NCBI GenBank assembly: GCA_030141605.1
Contig: JAQGDQ010000292.1
Location: 1 to 64,000 of the forward strand
From: Tubiluchus corallicola
Taxonomy: Eukaryota > Animalia > Priapulida
Reading direction: 5' to 3'
DNA length: 64,000 nucleotides
The notes beneath the pieces are model-generated. The model did not search any database. It was not told where the DNA came from and saw nothing but the letters and a program-made list of their open reading frames with translations. Position numbers and translations under genes: made by a program. This document shows positions 12,991 to 25,099 of the stretch, in pieces (within the stretch, counting starts at the first letter, position 1; every line of letters starts with the position of its first letter).

Positions 12991-14533
12991 AATACACGTG
13001 TTAAGGTTTCTGAACTGTAGTTTACTATAACATGCATGCTGCCTTTTTGTAAGTTTGAGAATATCAGTCTTGCTATAAAAAATTTTGACACAACTTCAGT
13101 GCTTTATCATCTCGGAAATGGTGCTGTCAACCCACCACCATGGCAGTGTCTAGTTTTCTGCTGGATTATGTCAATTTCTTTTATTTCAGAATTCTGCCTG
13201 CCTAATCTCGTGACATGACGTGATGGGCATAATGATGATGCAATCCTACGTATGGCGGTCCTGGAGGTTATATTCCTTGCACTTTTGTCCACGAAGACGA
13301 TCAAGGAAAAACGCGTGCACTCACAGTAAAGTTCTCGGGCTTTTTTGTACTGCTTACTAATTAACGAAGTCACAAATTGCGCATGTGTCGCGTGGTTCAA
13401 TTTCCCTGACGATGTTATAACAGCTGCTACTCTCAGAACATTTTAGATATATCGTTTACTGTGGCTTTCAATATAGACTTTCCTTGTCTATACTGTGTGT
13501 AACAGACACTTCAGTTAGTTTCGCGCCTTAAGATTTCGTACTGTTTGTCAATAATTTTCACGCCGTTTGTCTCTGTTCACCTGCTCGATGGATTTTAAAC
13601 AGTAGGGGTTATTGGTGTGGTTTGATTACATGGGTACGTTCTGGTTGTTTGTAGTGTGCATGAAAATGTACTTACATTGATTTTAGCTGACTATTTGATT
13701 TGCTAATGTTAGCTTACCTTAACCTTAACTTGTTGGGGATCTCAAGACTGGGGTAATGATGTGAGTATCGTGATTGTATTTGATTTAGTAACTTGAATTC
13801 GTAATTAGGAATTAATTTCTCAAGATGTGTCGCAGGAAACGCAAATTGTCTGAAAATGTTTCTGCGCATTTAATGATGATTTGTTTATGTTTACTAACCT
13901 GTGTGCAGATATGTATGAATGCAGATTGCAAAATGAGGGTATAACAGTTGATTTTGTGATGGGCTTGTGTTGCAGCATAATTTTCTGTACTTTTTAATAT
14001 TGTATTTTCCATTACGACAGCTTCATTTTCATATTGTACCAAGTATATTAGGCTACACAGGTTAATATTTTGCATTGTCAGCACAGTTACTGTAGTAGAT
14101 TTTCTGTGTAGTTTGTTTCTTATTAGCAACCCTAAGCCTGACACTTTTTTGTATGCATTACACTGAGTATGTATAAACATCAACCACTGGCGGTTAATTT
14201 TAAATGATCTACAGTTGAAACAATCAGCAAAATTCATTTCTATCAGCTGCAGTGTCTGGTCAAATGTGCACCTATTAATTTTAGCGACTTTTGCAAGTGA
14301 CCACTGTAAAAAAATCATCTCTTATAATTGTCAAATGTGGGGCAAATAATTATCTAATGTGCAAGTTTAGTGCTTGTATGATCAAGCCAGTTTAATCCAT
14401 AAAGTTGCACGCAGTCAGTGGACAGTTTAGATAGAATACCGAAAATCGTTGTGTGTGCAAGTGGGTCATAGCGGCAGACTAATTGTACAAACTCACGGTA
14501 AGATATTCCATATTGCTGATGTTAACTAATGTA

Positions 14534-15450
14534 TTGTAGGGAGCCGAGTGGACCACTGAGCGAAGTAGACCACTTCCGGTAAAACCGATGCGCTAAAAGT
14601 AGTGTCCTACATAGGCAGCCCAAGTAGGACACTAGCGATTTTTGTCGAGAAACTTGCTCTGGCAAAACTTGTTTCCAGTTTATATTACCATTATTTATAA
14701 GTATTGTTATGACATAATAAAGCATAAAACAAAATTTCTTTTAGAAATTGATATTCCTTGGCAATTTACAAATGCATTTCTTACAATAATTTCATCATTA
14801 TGATTAACTCCATTAATATATCATAACATTAAACCTAGTATCTAATGCTTTAAAGAGAGAAATTCTGCACACAGTTATTACAGAAAGAATTGCAAATTTA
14901 AAAATGAGACAGATGCTGCTAAGCCTTCACAACACCAAAAAGTAATTTTTAACATTTAAGAAAAGCAAGGATAATTAGTTTTAATATTATCAGTAGTATT
15001 GTAACATGTAGGGCACTGTCCTACATGGCTCGCTAGCCCATGTAGGACACATAGATCGCTAGAACGTTTACTTATAAGAAAACAATTATTTGCCCAAGAG
15101 GTAGTGAAACGGATCACCTGTTTGTGAAGTGAGACAAAATCAAAAATGATATACCTTAAACAAATGTTGAATTCGCAAAAAAGTGTTTTTTTTCACTTCA
15201 ACAACATTAATATCGAAACCAAATTTAATATTGTCCGTTTTACCAGCTCAGAATAAAATACTTTTATTTTATTAGATGTATAATAAATTATTCAACGTGT
15301 ACTAACGTTTTTAATTATTATTATTACAAAACAAGCACAACGGACGGTGTCAGTACACTTAACGACTCAATTCGCGACCTGTCTCTGGTGTCCTACTTGG
15401 GCTAGCCCAATTGGTCTACTTGGCTCAGTGGTCCACTCGGCTCCCAACAG
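14534..15450. mobile_element. Non-autonomous TIR transposon (Tc1/mariner-type MITE)
   Basis: ~39-bp TIRs (TTGTAGGGAGCCGAGTGGACCACTGAGCGAAGTAGACCA vs reverse complement CTGTTGGGAGCCGAGTGGACCACTGAGCCAAGTAGACCA). TA on both flanks (14532-33, 15451-52). No coding capacity. Confidence 0.8.
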
Positions 15451-15925
15451 TATGATGAAATAATATCGTGATATTACTACCTGGTAATTAAGTTTTCGGA
15501 AGTTTTAGAAGGTAAATTGGTATTCGGCAAATCGAGAAGGTAAATATGGCAAATCGAGCAGCAAATCGCAAAACTTGAATCTTTATTTTATTTTGACACA
15601 CATTACAAAACATGCACAATATGTAACAGTTATTCTTAAACAATATCGCGAAGAAGGCCAGCGAAAGGCCAAGTGGTGTTCCAGTCAGCTGCCCCAATAT
15701 TAGTACTAATAACATTTATTAGTGGCACTGAGTTAAACTGCATTTTGCTTGATATGATCTTTTTGCTCTGACGATTTTTGCATGCTTTGAACATAAACTC
15801 ACCAGTTGGTGAGCACGCCATCTATCGAATCCTTGGCTTTTGTGAAAATAAACGGCCTGGCATACGACCTGCATAATTTGCTTTACAGACCTCCGAACTG
15901 TTCTTAGTGTAGATGTGGTAGCATG

Positions 15926-16178
15926 TGTAAGATCACTATGGCTTCAATTGTGTCAATACTCCCCTCTGTCACTTTGGTTACATACTACTTGTGACATAGG
16001 CATTACTAGTTAACTGTTAGCCTCTGCCCAATCTGGGCTTCCTGGTTGTAAGCCAGCTGTAACATTACCACCTTAAGCTGATGAGTCTGTTGCTATGAAA
16101 CTTCTTTACTGTTTTTAATAAAATAGTTTATTTTGCTTAAATCTGTGCAGTTTGATGTTTTCTGTCAGTGACTCAGCA
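15926..16178 (+). repeat. 5' LTR
   Basis: About 205 nt align with the 3' LTR with roughly 9 substitutions and 2 indels (counted by eye); the first ~40 nt after TGTAAGA differ. Contains AATAAA. Confidence 0.88.
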
Positions 16179-16535
16179 AATTGATGCCATGGCATTCGAG
16201 TCATCCGGACTTGTGGCACGGTCACATTGCTTGTGGACAATGTTCTTGTTTTCTCAGTTGTGCTATATCTTTAATTACCTTTTTGGATATGACTGTTCTA
16301 CACGTCGACTCTGTCTCTGATATTCTTCATCTCGAGCTGCTGTGGTCAACATCATCTCACCTTCTTGGCAGTGGTTTAACACAAGTACTCTTTGAACACT
16401 TTTAGCAACGTTTGCCCTGTTTCCTTTTTCAATTGTCAGCCTCCTTTTTACCTTTTCTACTAACACATTGGTGGTTGGCATACATTTTCACGTATTTTCT
16501 TATTTTTGACATATTTTCTTTCTTAAATTGTTGTA

Positions 16536-17758
16536 ATGGAGGGAGAAAATGGGCAGCTGTAGCCTGCAGAAGTACAAACCATTCCTGAAGTCGTAGCAGT
16601 CCTTAGAAATCAAGATCACAACATTCAACAAGTGGCTGACACAGTAACTCATTAAACTGGCAGAGTTAATCAAGCTCAGGATTCGGGTGTCCAAATTAAT
16701 AGTTTGGGGGACTCATTTAATGTCATTCAACAACTAAAAGACATACCAAAATTTTCAGGCGAGGGAGCCACGTCTGATGACTTTAGAAGGTACGTTGATG
16801 AACTAGAACGAGTTGTTAATTTGGGTTTGTCTGTTACAGACGCTGATGCAGCACTTAAAAACTTACTGTTCAAATCAGTTAAAGGGGAAGCCGTGCGTTT
16901 TCTTGTGAGCAAAAAAGATGAAATGCGCCAGCAGACCTGGTTGCAAGTACTAGCAACACTCAAAAAACAATATGCTTCAACAGCCGACACAAATCTAGCA
17001 CATATTGCACTGTTAAAATTACGACAAAAGAAGGCTGAATATGTATCGAGTTTTGCAGACAGGTTAAGTAAGCTGGCTCATCGAGCGTATTCAAAGAGAG
17101 AAATTAATAAACCTAATTCAAGAGACTTTACTTAGACATTTTTGTCACGGATTAAACTCTGATACTATTTGTAAACATCTTATTCGACGCCCCCCTCCCC
17201 CAGAGAATTTAGAAGCAGCTATTGAAACTCCTCAATGTGATCAGGCAGCAGAAGATATTTGTAAAACGGTTTAGAAGCCAATTGCTGCCCCTAGAACCGA
17301 TGGAGGTAGATGCATTATGTGAAGATACGACCTCTGATGTAACCAATCAGCTGCATGATGCTGTACAAGATATGACTAAAACTATAAAAGAATTAGTTCA
17401 AGAGGTTCGGTCCCAACCTCTAAAATCAAATAATGCCCCTGCAACTCTTGCATCACAACCACAAAGGTCAAATAGTCGACCATACTCCCAGAGAACTGGT
17501 TCGTTTCGGGATTACAGAAACTCCTTTGTTAGTAGAGGGTTTGGTCCTCGTAATTCTCAGCAGACGCCTTTTTATAAACCTCAAAACAATACACAATGTC
17601 GGTCTCAAACCTTTAGACCTCAAAATTTTTTCACTCTTCAGCAGAATACACGTCCAAGTGCTTGTGTGAATTGTTCAAGTCATGCTAATTACAGATGGCA
17701 GCCAAATAATTTTCGTGACGCGCAGCTGGTTCAGCGCGCAATAACCAGCGATCAGTAA
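16536..17758 (+). pseudogene. Retrotransposon gag, disrupted
   Basis: ATG at 16536 is in frame with ORF 16704 through two stops (TAG and TAA, probably ex-CAG/CAA). IPKFSGEG, LLKLRQKKAEYVSSFADRL and EPMEVDA are Gypsy gag hallmarks. Frameshifts near 17120-17220. Confidence 0.8.
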
Positions 17759-17859
17759 ACTAAATTGGGCTGTGCCTAATCAGGGCCCAGTACAGCCTAA
17801 ATTTAAGCGGACCAAATGTGTAAATATGCACATAAATGATTATGAACTTGTTAATCAGC

Positions 17860-18560
17860 CCTTGGTAAATGTCAAAATTGCTAATGTACCATGTGCATCT
17901 CTATTAGATTCTGGGTCTGGTGGCATTATCATGTTTATTATCTGTTAAAATTTGGAAGAAATTACCAGAACAACAACGTAAATTATTTACACCCCATAGT
18001 AAATTGACTTCAGCTTCGGGTCACACTGTAGAAGTGTTAGGTCGATGTAATTTACCTGTTGAAATAGGCTCAAAAACATTTGCTGTTTCTTTTCACATTT
18101 CTCCACAGTTATCTCGGCATGCAATTTTAGGCTGTGACTTTTTGCAAGCTTCAAATGCAGTCTTGCATGTTAGTAAACAAATTCTTATGCTTGCAGATGA
18201 TTTCGCTGTTAAAGTTTGGTTCAGAAAATCAAATGAAGCCAGAACTTTTCTTATACGCGCGAAACACAACTGTCAAATTCCAACCTTATAAAATTACTGC
18301 ATGCCCTGGTGTTCTGAAAGGAAAGAATCTGTCACAACGAGGCAAATCCTTGTTAATAGAAGATGAGGATAGAATACCATTTTATAAACGACATAAAACT
18401 TGCTCTCCAGTAGCTAGTCTTGTTGAAATCCAAGCCAAACAAAATATGAACGTACCGATTTTCAACACTGGTTCTAACCCTATAACAATTAATAAGGGGG
18501 AAGTTCTGGCTCAAGTAGTTCAAGCAGCAGAGCAGGAAGTGTTTCAAGTTACTGATGTGT
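17860..18560 (+). pseudogene. Retrotransposon aspartic protease and PR-RT linker, frameshifted
   Basis: PLVNVKIANVPCASLLDSGS active-site motif (~17860-17918), LTSASGHTVEVLG and AILGCDFL, then linker VPIFNTGSNPITINKGEVLAQV. No RT follows. Confidence 0.8.
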
Positions 18561-18634
18561 ACTGCCACCTTCTGTGGCACAGATCAATTAAGTTAGCAAT
18601 GATGAAAGTATTTCATACTTTCTCTCATAAGGAG

Positions 18635-18858
18635 TGTAAGAGCTGTTGTGCCATTGTCACTTTGGTTACATCCTATTTGTGACGTAGGCATTACTACTTA
18701 ACTGTTAGCTCTGCCCAATCTGGGTTTCCCGGTTGTAAGCCAGCTGTAACATTACCACCTTAAGTTCTGTTGCTATGAAACTTCTTTACTGTTTTTAATA
18801 AAATAGTTTATTTTGCTTAAATCTGTGCAATTTGATGTTTTCTGTCAGTGACTCAACA
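18635..18858 (+). repeat. 3' LTR
   Basis: Direct repeat of 15926-16178. Confidence 0.88.
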
Positions 18859-18923
18859 CATGACCAATCTCCAAGCATGCCTGGTTGCATTAAAATAAGA
18901 GATTTTTTGTGCAGAAGCGTTTG

Positions 18924-19370
18924 TCAAGGTTGCTTTTGAAGCATGTCACATTTGCAGCACTCTACATGTCCCAGTAACGAGTTCCAGAGATGAATGCCAG
19001 CGTAGGAAAAACCAAGTTGATAGCTGTCGGTGTTGGCTCTTTTCTGATAAGGCTTATAACTGTGTCCTTTGGTGCTAATTTTAGTATTTCTAATGAGGAA
19101 TTCATCTGAGTTAACATCTGTAAATCCATGGAAGACCTTGTACAATGAGTATGCCTCTACGCCTTCTCGCAGAGAATCTGTACAGTTACAGATTTCTTAG
19201 TTTCTGATCATAATTTAAGCTGTTGAGTAATTCGGTCAAGTTGACTGCACTCTTTCAAGCAGATTAATATCTTTGATAAAGTGTGGATTCCAAACTTGGC
19301 TAAAGTAATCCAGATGTGGTCATACCAATGTCTTGTAAAGTAGAAGTATTTTTTGTTTGCTAGGTATAAA
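18924..19370 (-). mobile_element. CR1-type LINE 3' fragment, decayed
   Basis: Remnant peptides LYKTLV.PHLDY.SQVWNPH..KDI.LLERVQ, YKVFHG, TKGHSYK and LWNSL. Confidence 0.7.
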
Positions 19371-19712
19371 AATATTCAGACTGTATGTAAACAAAAGCAG
19401 AAGGGCTCTGAAAAAATTATGCAAGATGCATCTATAAGTTTATGGGAATTGTACACCAATGACAGAGCATGTCACTAATTCATTATAAAATAAAATTTCT
19501 GTAAAAAGGATGAAGAAGATGTTGAGGAGATGCTGCCATCTAATATTATTCAGAAGGTAGAAGGACTAGTTACATGAAGCCATGGTGTCCAATATAAAGA
19601 ACTTTAGATCTTGCATTATGTATTACACCTGCAATTAGTTACCAGTTCTATATGTTCTGCATGAACTTGTGTGTCTCTACCAAATCTGGTACTTTCCTTT
19701 GCTAATAGTGCT

Positions 19713-19716
<4 letters not shown>

Positions 19717-19750
<34 letters not shown>

Positions 19751-19828
19751 GTGGAGGGAAGGAGGGAGGGAGGGAAAGAAAGAGAGAGAGGGGGGAGGGA
19801 GGGAGGGAGGGAAAGAGAGAGAGAGAGA
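19717..19828. repeat. (GA)n / GGGA purine-rich microsatellite
   Basis: Seen directly. Confidence 0.95.
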
Positions 19829-20525
19829 TTGCTACAATTTTTTTATTTTGAATGAAGGACATCCCATCAAATCATCTTACCAATTTCTGTTTATTTGCAT
19901 TATGGGAACAAGTAATTTAAATCAATTTAAATTGAATTAATTAAACAGCTCTAATTGATTGAATGATTGAATAACTACAAGTTTATTGTCCTGTACCATC
20001 CTAGCTGATCATCCCACCAATTTCAACTCGATTGAATCATGCGAAAGTGCAGTTTACACCAGTTTAAAAATAATTAGTTAAACACCTTTAATTAATTAGT
20101 TAATTAATTAATTAATTAGCTATTAACGAACTGCTACTAGTTTTTGTTTTTGAACCAAGGATATCTTAGTTAATCATCCCAGCAATTGGATAATTACTTT
20201 TTGGAATTGGATTTAATTAATTAAATACCTCTCACTAATTAAAGAATTGTGACAATTTTTTGCCCTGAGTGAAAGATATCCAAACTAATCGTCACACCAT
20301 ATTTCTACTCATTTCGATAGGTACTTTTAGAGCCATTTCGATTCATTTGGATGTAAAAAGTTGAAAAAAGTATGACAGTCAGCATGAGAACTCTATTTTT
20401 CTAAGATTTAAACATTATAAATTGTATATTATGTATCTAATAACTTGTTTTTTCAGGTTTTGTAACTGCAGGCAAGTCATTTTAATCTTTTGGGTTTCTT
20501 TGAATATTTTGCAAAGATAGATCTA

Positions 20526-22106
20526 ATGGCAGAATTGAATGATTTCGATCTTGTGCTGTCACCCGACGAAAAATTCTCTTACATTACCAGAAACTTACAA
20601 GAGACACTTGGTGAAGATAAGCTAAAGGTGATTTTAAAAGAAAGAGACCTGAAAGTTTATTGGGGTACTGCTACTACAGGAAAACCCCATGTTGCTTATT
20701 TTGTACCGATGTCAAAGATAGCAGACTTCTTGCGAGCAGGTTGTGAGGTCATTATACTGATTGCAGATCTTCATGCTTACCTTGACAACATGAAAGCTCC
20801 ATGGGAACTTCTAGAGTTGCGGACTCAGTACTATGAGCAGATTATTAAAGAAATGCTGAAGTCAATTGGTGTTCCATTAGAGAAATTAAAGTTCATTAAG
20901 GGCACAGACTATCAGCTTAGCAAGGCTTACACTCTTGATGTGTATAGACTAAGCTCTTTGGTAACTGAGCATGATGCTAAAAAAGCAGGTGCAGAAGTAG
21001 TGAAACAAGTTGAACATCCATTGCTCAGTGGCTTGCTTTACCCTGGACTTCAAGCTCTCGATGAAGAATACTTGAAAGTGGATGCTCAGTTTGGTGGAGT
21101 AGATCAACGTAAGATATTTACTTTTGCAGAAAAATACCTGCCATCACTTGGGTATGTAAAGCGGATTCATTTAATGAATCCTATGGTTCCCGGATTGACT
21201 GGCGGAAAAATGAGTGCATCTGAAGAAGATTCAAAAATCGACTTGTTAGATTCACCAGCTGCTATTAAAAAGAAAATAAAGAAAGCATTTTGCGAGCCTG
21301 GAAATGTAAGTGATAATGGCATTCTGGCATTTGTAAAGCACGTACTTTTACCATTAAATAAAAATCTTCAGTTTACTGTAATGCGAAAAGAGGAATTTGG
21401 AGGAAATGTTACCTTCAGTAGTTTTGATGAGCTTGAAACAGCATTTGCAAAGGAGGAAGTTCATCCTGGTGATTTGAAGGCAGCCGTTGAACAAGGACTT
21501 AATCAGCTTCTAGATCCAATTCGCAAGCACTTTGAAACACCAGAAATGAAAAAATTGGTGTCAGCTGCTTATCCTAGCACATCAAAGTCACCGCTGTCTG
21601 ATAATGATATTTTACCCACAAGATTGAACATGAAGGTTGGAAAAGTCATTAAAATCTCCAAACATCCAGATGCAGATGCTCTATATGTTTCTCAAATTGA
21701 TGTTGGTGAAGATAAACCTCGTATTGTAGTAAGTGGTTTAGTACAATTCATTAGGGAGGAAGAACTAGAAAAAAGGCTGGTAGTCGTATTGCTGAACCTA
21801 AAGCCAGCAAAAATGCGGGGAATTGAATCTCAGGGCATGATAATGTGTGCTTCATTGGAAGAACCAAGGCAAGTAGAAGTATTAGACCCACCAAAAAATT
21901 CTAGTATAGGGGACAAGGTTTTTATTGATGGCTATTTCACTGGGCTACCAGATGAACGACTAAATCCAAAGAAAAAAGTTTGGGAGAAGTTACAAGTAGA
22001 TATGAAAGTATCAGACGCATGTGTTGCAGAATGGCAAGGCAGTGCATTTATGACCAAACATGGTCAGGTTTCATGTAAGTCATTGAAAGGTGCATCAATA
22101 AAATAG
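20526..22106 (+). CDS. YARS1: Tyrosyl-tRNA synthetase, cytoplasmic, with C-terminal EMAP II-like domain (526 aa, single coding exon)
   Basis: [14 protein letters not shown] (HIGH-type motif), KMSAS (KMSKS-type), [11 protein letters not shown]; EMAP II/OB domain ([34 protein letters not shown]). First ATG at 20526; TTTTTTCAG acceptor ends 20456; ATTAAA at 22153. Confidence 0.97.
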   Translation: MAELNDFDLVLSPDEKFSYITRNLQETLGEDKLKVILKERDLKVYWGTATTGKPHVAYFVPMSKIADFLRAGCEVIILIADLHAYLDNMKAPWELLELRTQYYEQIIKEMLKSIGVPLEKLKFIKGTDYQLSKAYTLDVYRLSSLVTEHDAKKAGAEVVKQVEHPLLSGLLYPGLQALDEEYLKVDAQFGGVDQRKIFTFAEKYLPSLGYVKRIHLMNPMVPGLTGGKMSASEEDSKIDLLDSPAAIKKKIKKAFCEPGNVSDNGILAFVKHVLLPLNKNLQFTVMRKEEFGGNVTFSSFDELETAFAKEEVHPGDLKAAVEQGLNQLLDPIRKHFETPEMKKLVSAAYPSTSKSPLSDNDILPTRLNMKVGKVIKISKHPDADALYVSQIDVGEDKPRIVVSGLVQFIREEELEKRLVVVLLNLKPAKMRGIESQGMIMCASLEEPRQVEVLDPPKNSSIGDKVFIDGYFTGLPDERLNPKKKVWEKLQVDMKVSDACVAEWQGSAFMTKHGQVSCKSLKGASIK

Positions 22107-23049
22107 TGATTGCACCTGAAATCAATACACATCATAAAAGATATGATTTTTCATTAAATTTGGTTTAATTTCATAAAGAGATGTATTTATTTGTTTAAGT
22201 AGGAGGGTGATGACCAATGTTTAATGGTGAAAGATGTGTACTTATTTTAATTTATTATATATGTTAAATATGTTTTAACAGGTGTTAAATTTGTGTGCAT
22301 GCTTGGTGGCATATGGCTTATTTTGATATTTTTTTCATTAAGTGTATAATAATTGGTGCCGTAACGTGATGAACAGAATCAAAATTTTCAGTTCATGAAA
22401 AAATGTTATTAATTTTCTTGAAGACCTACCCGGTTTCCTTTTTGGTTAGATAAGAATTGTGATCAGGAATCGCTTTAAATTTTACATAAACTTGTACTTT
22501 GTTTTAAAAATTCAGCATTTTGTTTTCTGTTTGTATGTCAATAGGTATTCTGATATACTGAACTTTGATTTTTTGCAAAACACATCTATCATGAAAGCTG
22601 CAGCAGCAAAGAGTTTAACTGTTTATTTCGATGTTTAGTTTCATTTAGTTTAATTTAGTTTACTCCAATTGCCATGACAAAATACAATTATATGGTGAAA
22701 ACACAAAATTAAAAGAAAACAAGCATGTAACTAATAATGTTGATTAATCATTTATTAGGTCAATTCCAATATGGCAAACAGAAAGAAATTGTAAGTGTGA
22801 GAATAAAAGGTGGTTAATGGGAGGAAGAGGAGTATGAAAGGATATGAAGGTGTCATATGAAAAAATGAGAATAAAAAATATTAGATTTACATGAGAATGA
22901 CATAAGAATGTAACAAATGTAAATAAGTCAGCAAGGCAAACACAGTCGCAAATGGTGAGAGGAATCAGATTATGTCCACCTCCCCTACAAAGTCTTTTTA
23001 CTTCTTGTTATGGAGTATTGCCCATTGTTCTTCTGTAAGTGTAATATGA

Positions 23050-23891
23050 AACATTACAGATGATAAATGTCTGGATTATGGTCAATAATAAAGTGTTTGA
23101 AGCTTTTTTATATTTGAAAATATTATGCTCTGATTTTATATGATTAGGGAGATAGTTCCAAATTAATGGCCTGGTAAAGGAGATGAAGTGCTTTGCAACA
23201 ACTATGTTATCAAAAGAAAAGATACTACATTTGTTAAAGAAAGAGTTCAATACTGAGGCGAATTTATTTGATCCAAAATATAGAAAATTTTCTTCGAAAA
23301 CGACGTAAAGGGCTAACATTTGTCATGTATGTAGCACCCCAAAAGGGAGCTAACATAATTTAAATAAGGATAGACTAAAGAATAATAAATAGTAAGTAAA
23401 TGTGATTTGGAGAAATTGTTTTTAATATGGGTCATAATACCTATATTTTTAGCTATTTTAGACCAATAATTTTCATTTGAAAGTTCCAGTCAAGATCTTC
23501 ATGTAGAAGTACACCTAAAAATCTGTACGGTAGACTGAAAACGTTCTATAAGAAGGCTGTCGATATAAAGACGACAATTCAAAGGAATCAGTTTATTTTT
23601 GGAGCGAAATAGAATGTACTTAGCTTTTGTGGGATTAAGAGATAATTTGTTGGCTCTTTAATCAGTTAAAAATATCTGTTGAGTTATTATTTATGTAGTA
23701 ATGCTGAACTGAGTGAAATTGAAAAAGAGTGTGGTGTCATCAGCAAACTGAAAAATATTTGGACAAGTGAAAATGTTTTTTACATCGTTGATATAAAAAA
23801 ATAAAAGAGGTCCTAAAACAGAACCCTGAGGAACACCACAATTTATGGAGAGTTCAACTGAAGTATAATTATTACATCTGAGAGATGACAA
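23050..23891 (-). mobile_element. L2/Crack-type LINE RT fragment, decayed
   Basis: INCGVPQGSVLGPLLF..YIND, QFADDTTLF and IWNYLPNHIK, in broken frames. Confidence 0.75.
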
Positions 23892-25099
23892 AATATACCA
23901 GCAGTGATCGAGTTATTTTTGATACATTTATTTGAGATTTTGCAAACATTTGCTAATGGTAATTCAACCGGGGAACCTTTCCTAAAGCTGTACCATTTTT
24001 TATTTAATATTATCATATTTTAGTAGATAATTGTGCCTTTGACTGTAAAAAAGGGCTCTCAAAAACTTTTGAGAAGAATGGAAGTAACAAAATGGGATCG
24101 ATCCAGATACTGGATTATTTCCATTTTCTGCTTCTCTGTTAATTGCTAAAATGTAAAAAAATCAATCTAAATGAATTAATTATCAACATAATCCAGATGC
24201 ACTGTTTTCTATGTGAGTGGTCTGATTCTGCAAGTTTTATATTTTTGAAATGGCTATTTTCGTGCAATTTTGTACAGAATTTTATTTAAAATGTTTAAAA
24301 TATAATATCACCATATGGCTGATATTATATTTGGAATAATTCCTTACACAATTTTATTAAAATTACATGATCATTATAATTCGCCTACAGCTAGAGCTCT
24401 GAACTACAAAATAGTTTTTTTTCAATTTGTTGATAGTGCAATGTATTTTAATCATAATTTATAAAGTTCTAAGAAATTAAGGTACAGGTAGCCATACATT
24501 GTAAAATTGACATGAGTACCGCATCTCTTAGGTGCAGTGCATAAGATTTTGGTAAAACGAGTTGACCAATTCTATTGTACAAATCCAATAATGTACTGTG
24601 GCAAAAATACAAAAAAGAAAACAAAGTACAAGAAAAATTCATACAAAATGCAACAAATACAATTACGCAACATTGCAAAAATATGAGTTTGTACAAGTTA
24701 TTTAGTTACTTAAATAGCCTAATTAAATCTAATAAGAAATTATGTGCTCTTATGAAATAATATTTTAAGCTACAAATGAAAAGAACTAATAAAAACACAA
24801 AACCTAAATAATTAAAATATTTACAAACGAAATTAAATTACACGATTACAGCACAAGGTTTATCCAGATTCCAGTTAAATTAACTTAAGTGGACAGTTTA
24901 CATGTGTTTATTAGCACTAGAAAAGCCAAAAAGTATTTAATATTGGCAGATAGACTGTTTTATTTATTAGTAAAGTTATTAATTCTGCTTGAGATTTTTT
25001 TCCGTATGGGACGAATGGGTAATTGTTAACTGTGACCAATGCTCAAATAGTTAGTTTTTGCAAAAAGAGATGTCTCTTGCAAATTCAACGGAGATCCCC

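Larger units (their letters stand above)
15926..18858 (+). mobile_element. Gypsy-type LTR retroelement, gag-protease only (no RT/RNase H/integrase), degenerate
   Basis: 5' LTR 15926-16178 and 3' LTR 18635-18858, both TGTAAGA...CA. CATG TSD (15922-25, 18859-62). Degenerate PBS TGATGCCATGGC at 16182; short purine tract AAGGAG before the 3' LTR. Gag and aspartic protease remnants inside. Confidence 0.88.

Noticed and set aside
13210-13410. Possible C/D-box snoRNA (ATGATGA near 13231, CTGA near 13406) or small ORF 13107-13400
   Set aside because: No terminal stem or recognisable rRNA guide, the spacing is too long, and no reading frame resembles a known protein.
13812-14318. 168-aa minus-strand ORF
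   Set aside because: No recognisable domain, composition typical of AT-rich non-coding DNA, and no supporting splice structure.
20490-20525. Listed YARS1 ORF start at TTG 20490 (likewise UBOX5 at 30682 and glass at 48447)
   Set aside because: Non-ATG starts from the ORF finder. Homology begins at ATG 20526 and ATG 30730, and at the splice acceptor 48441.
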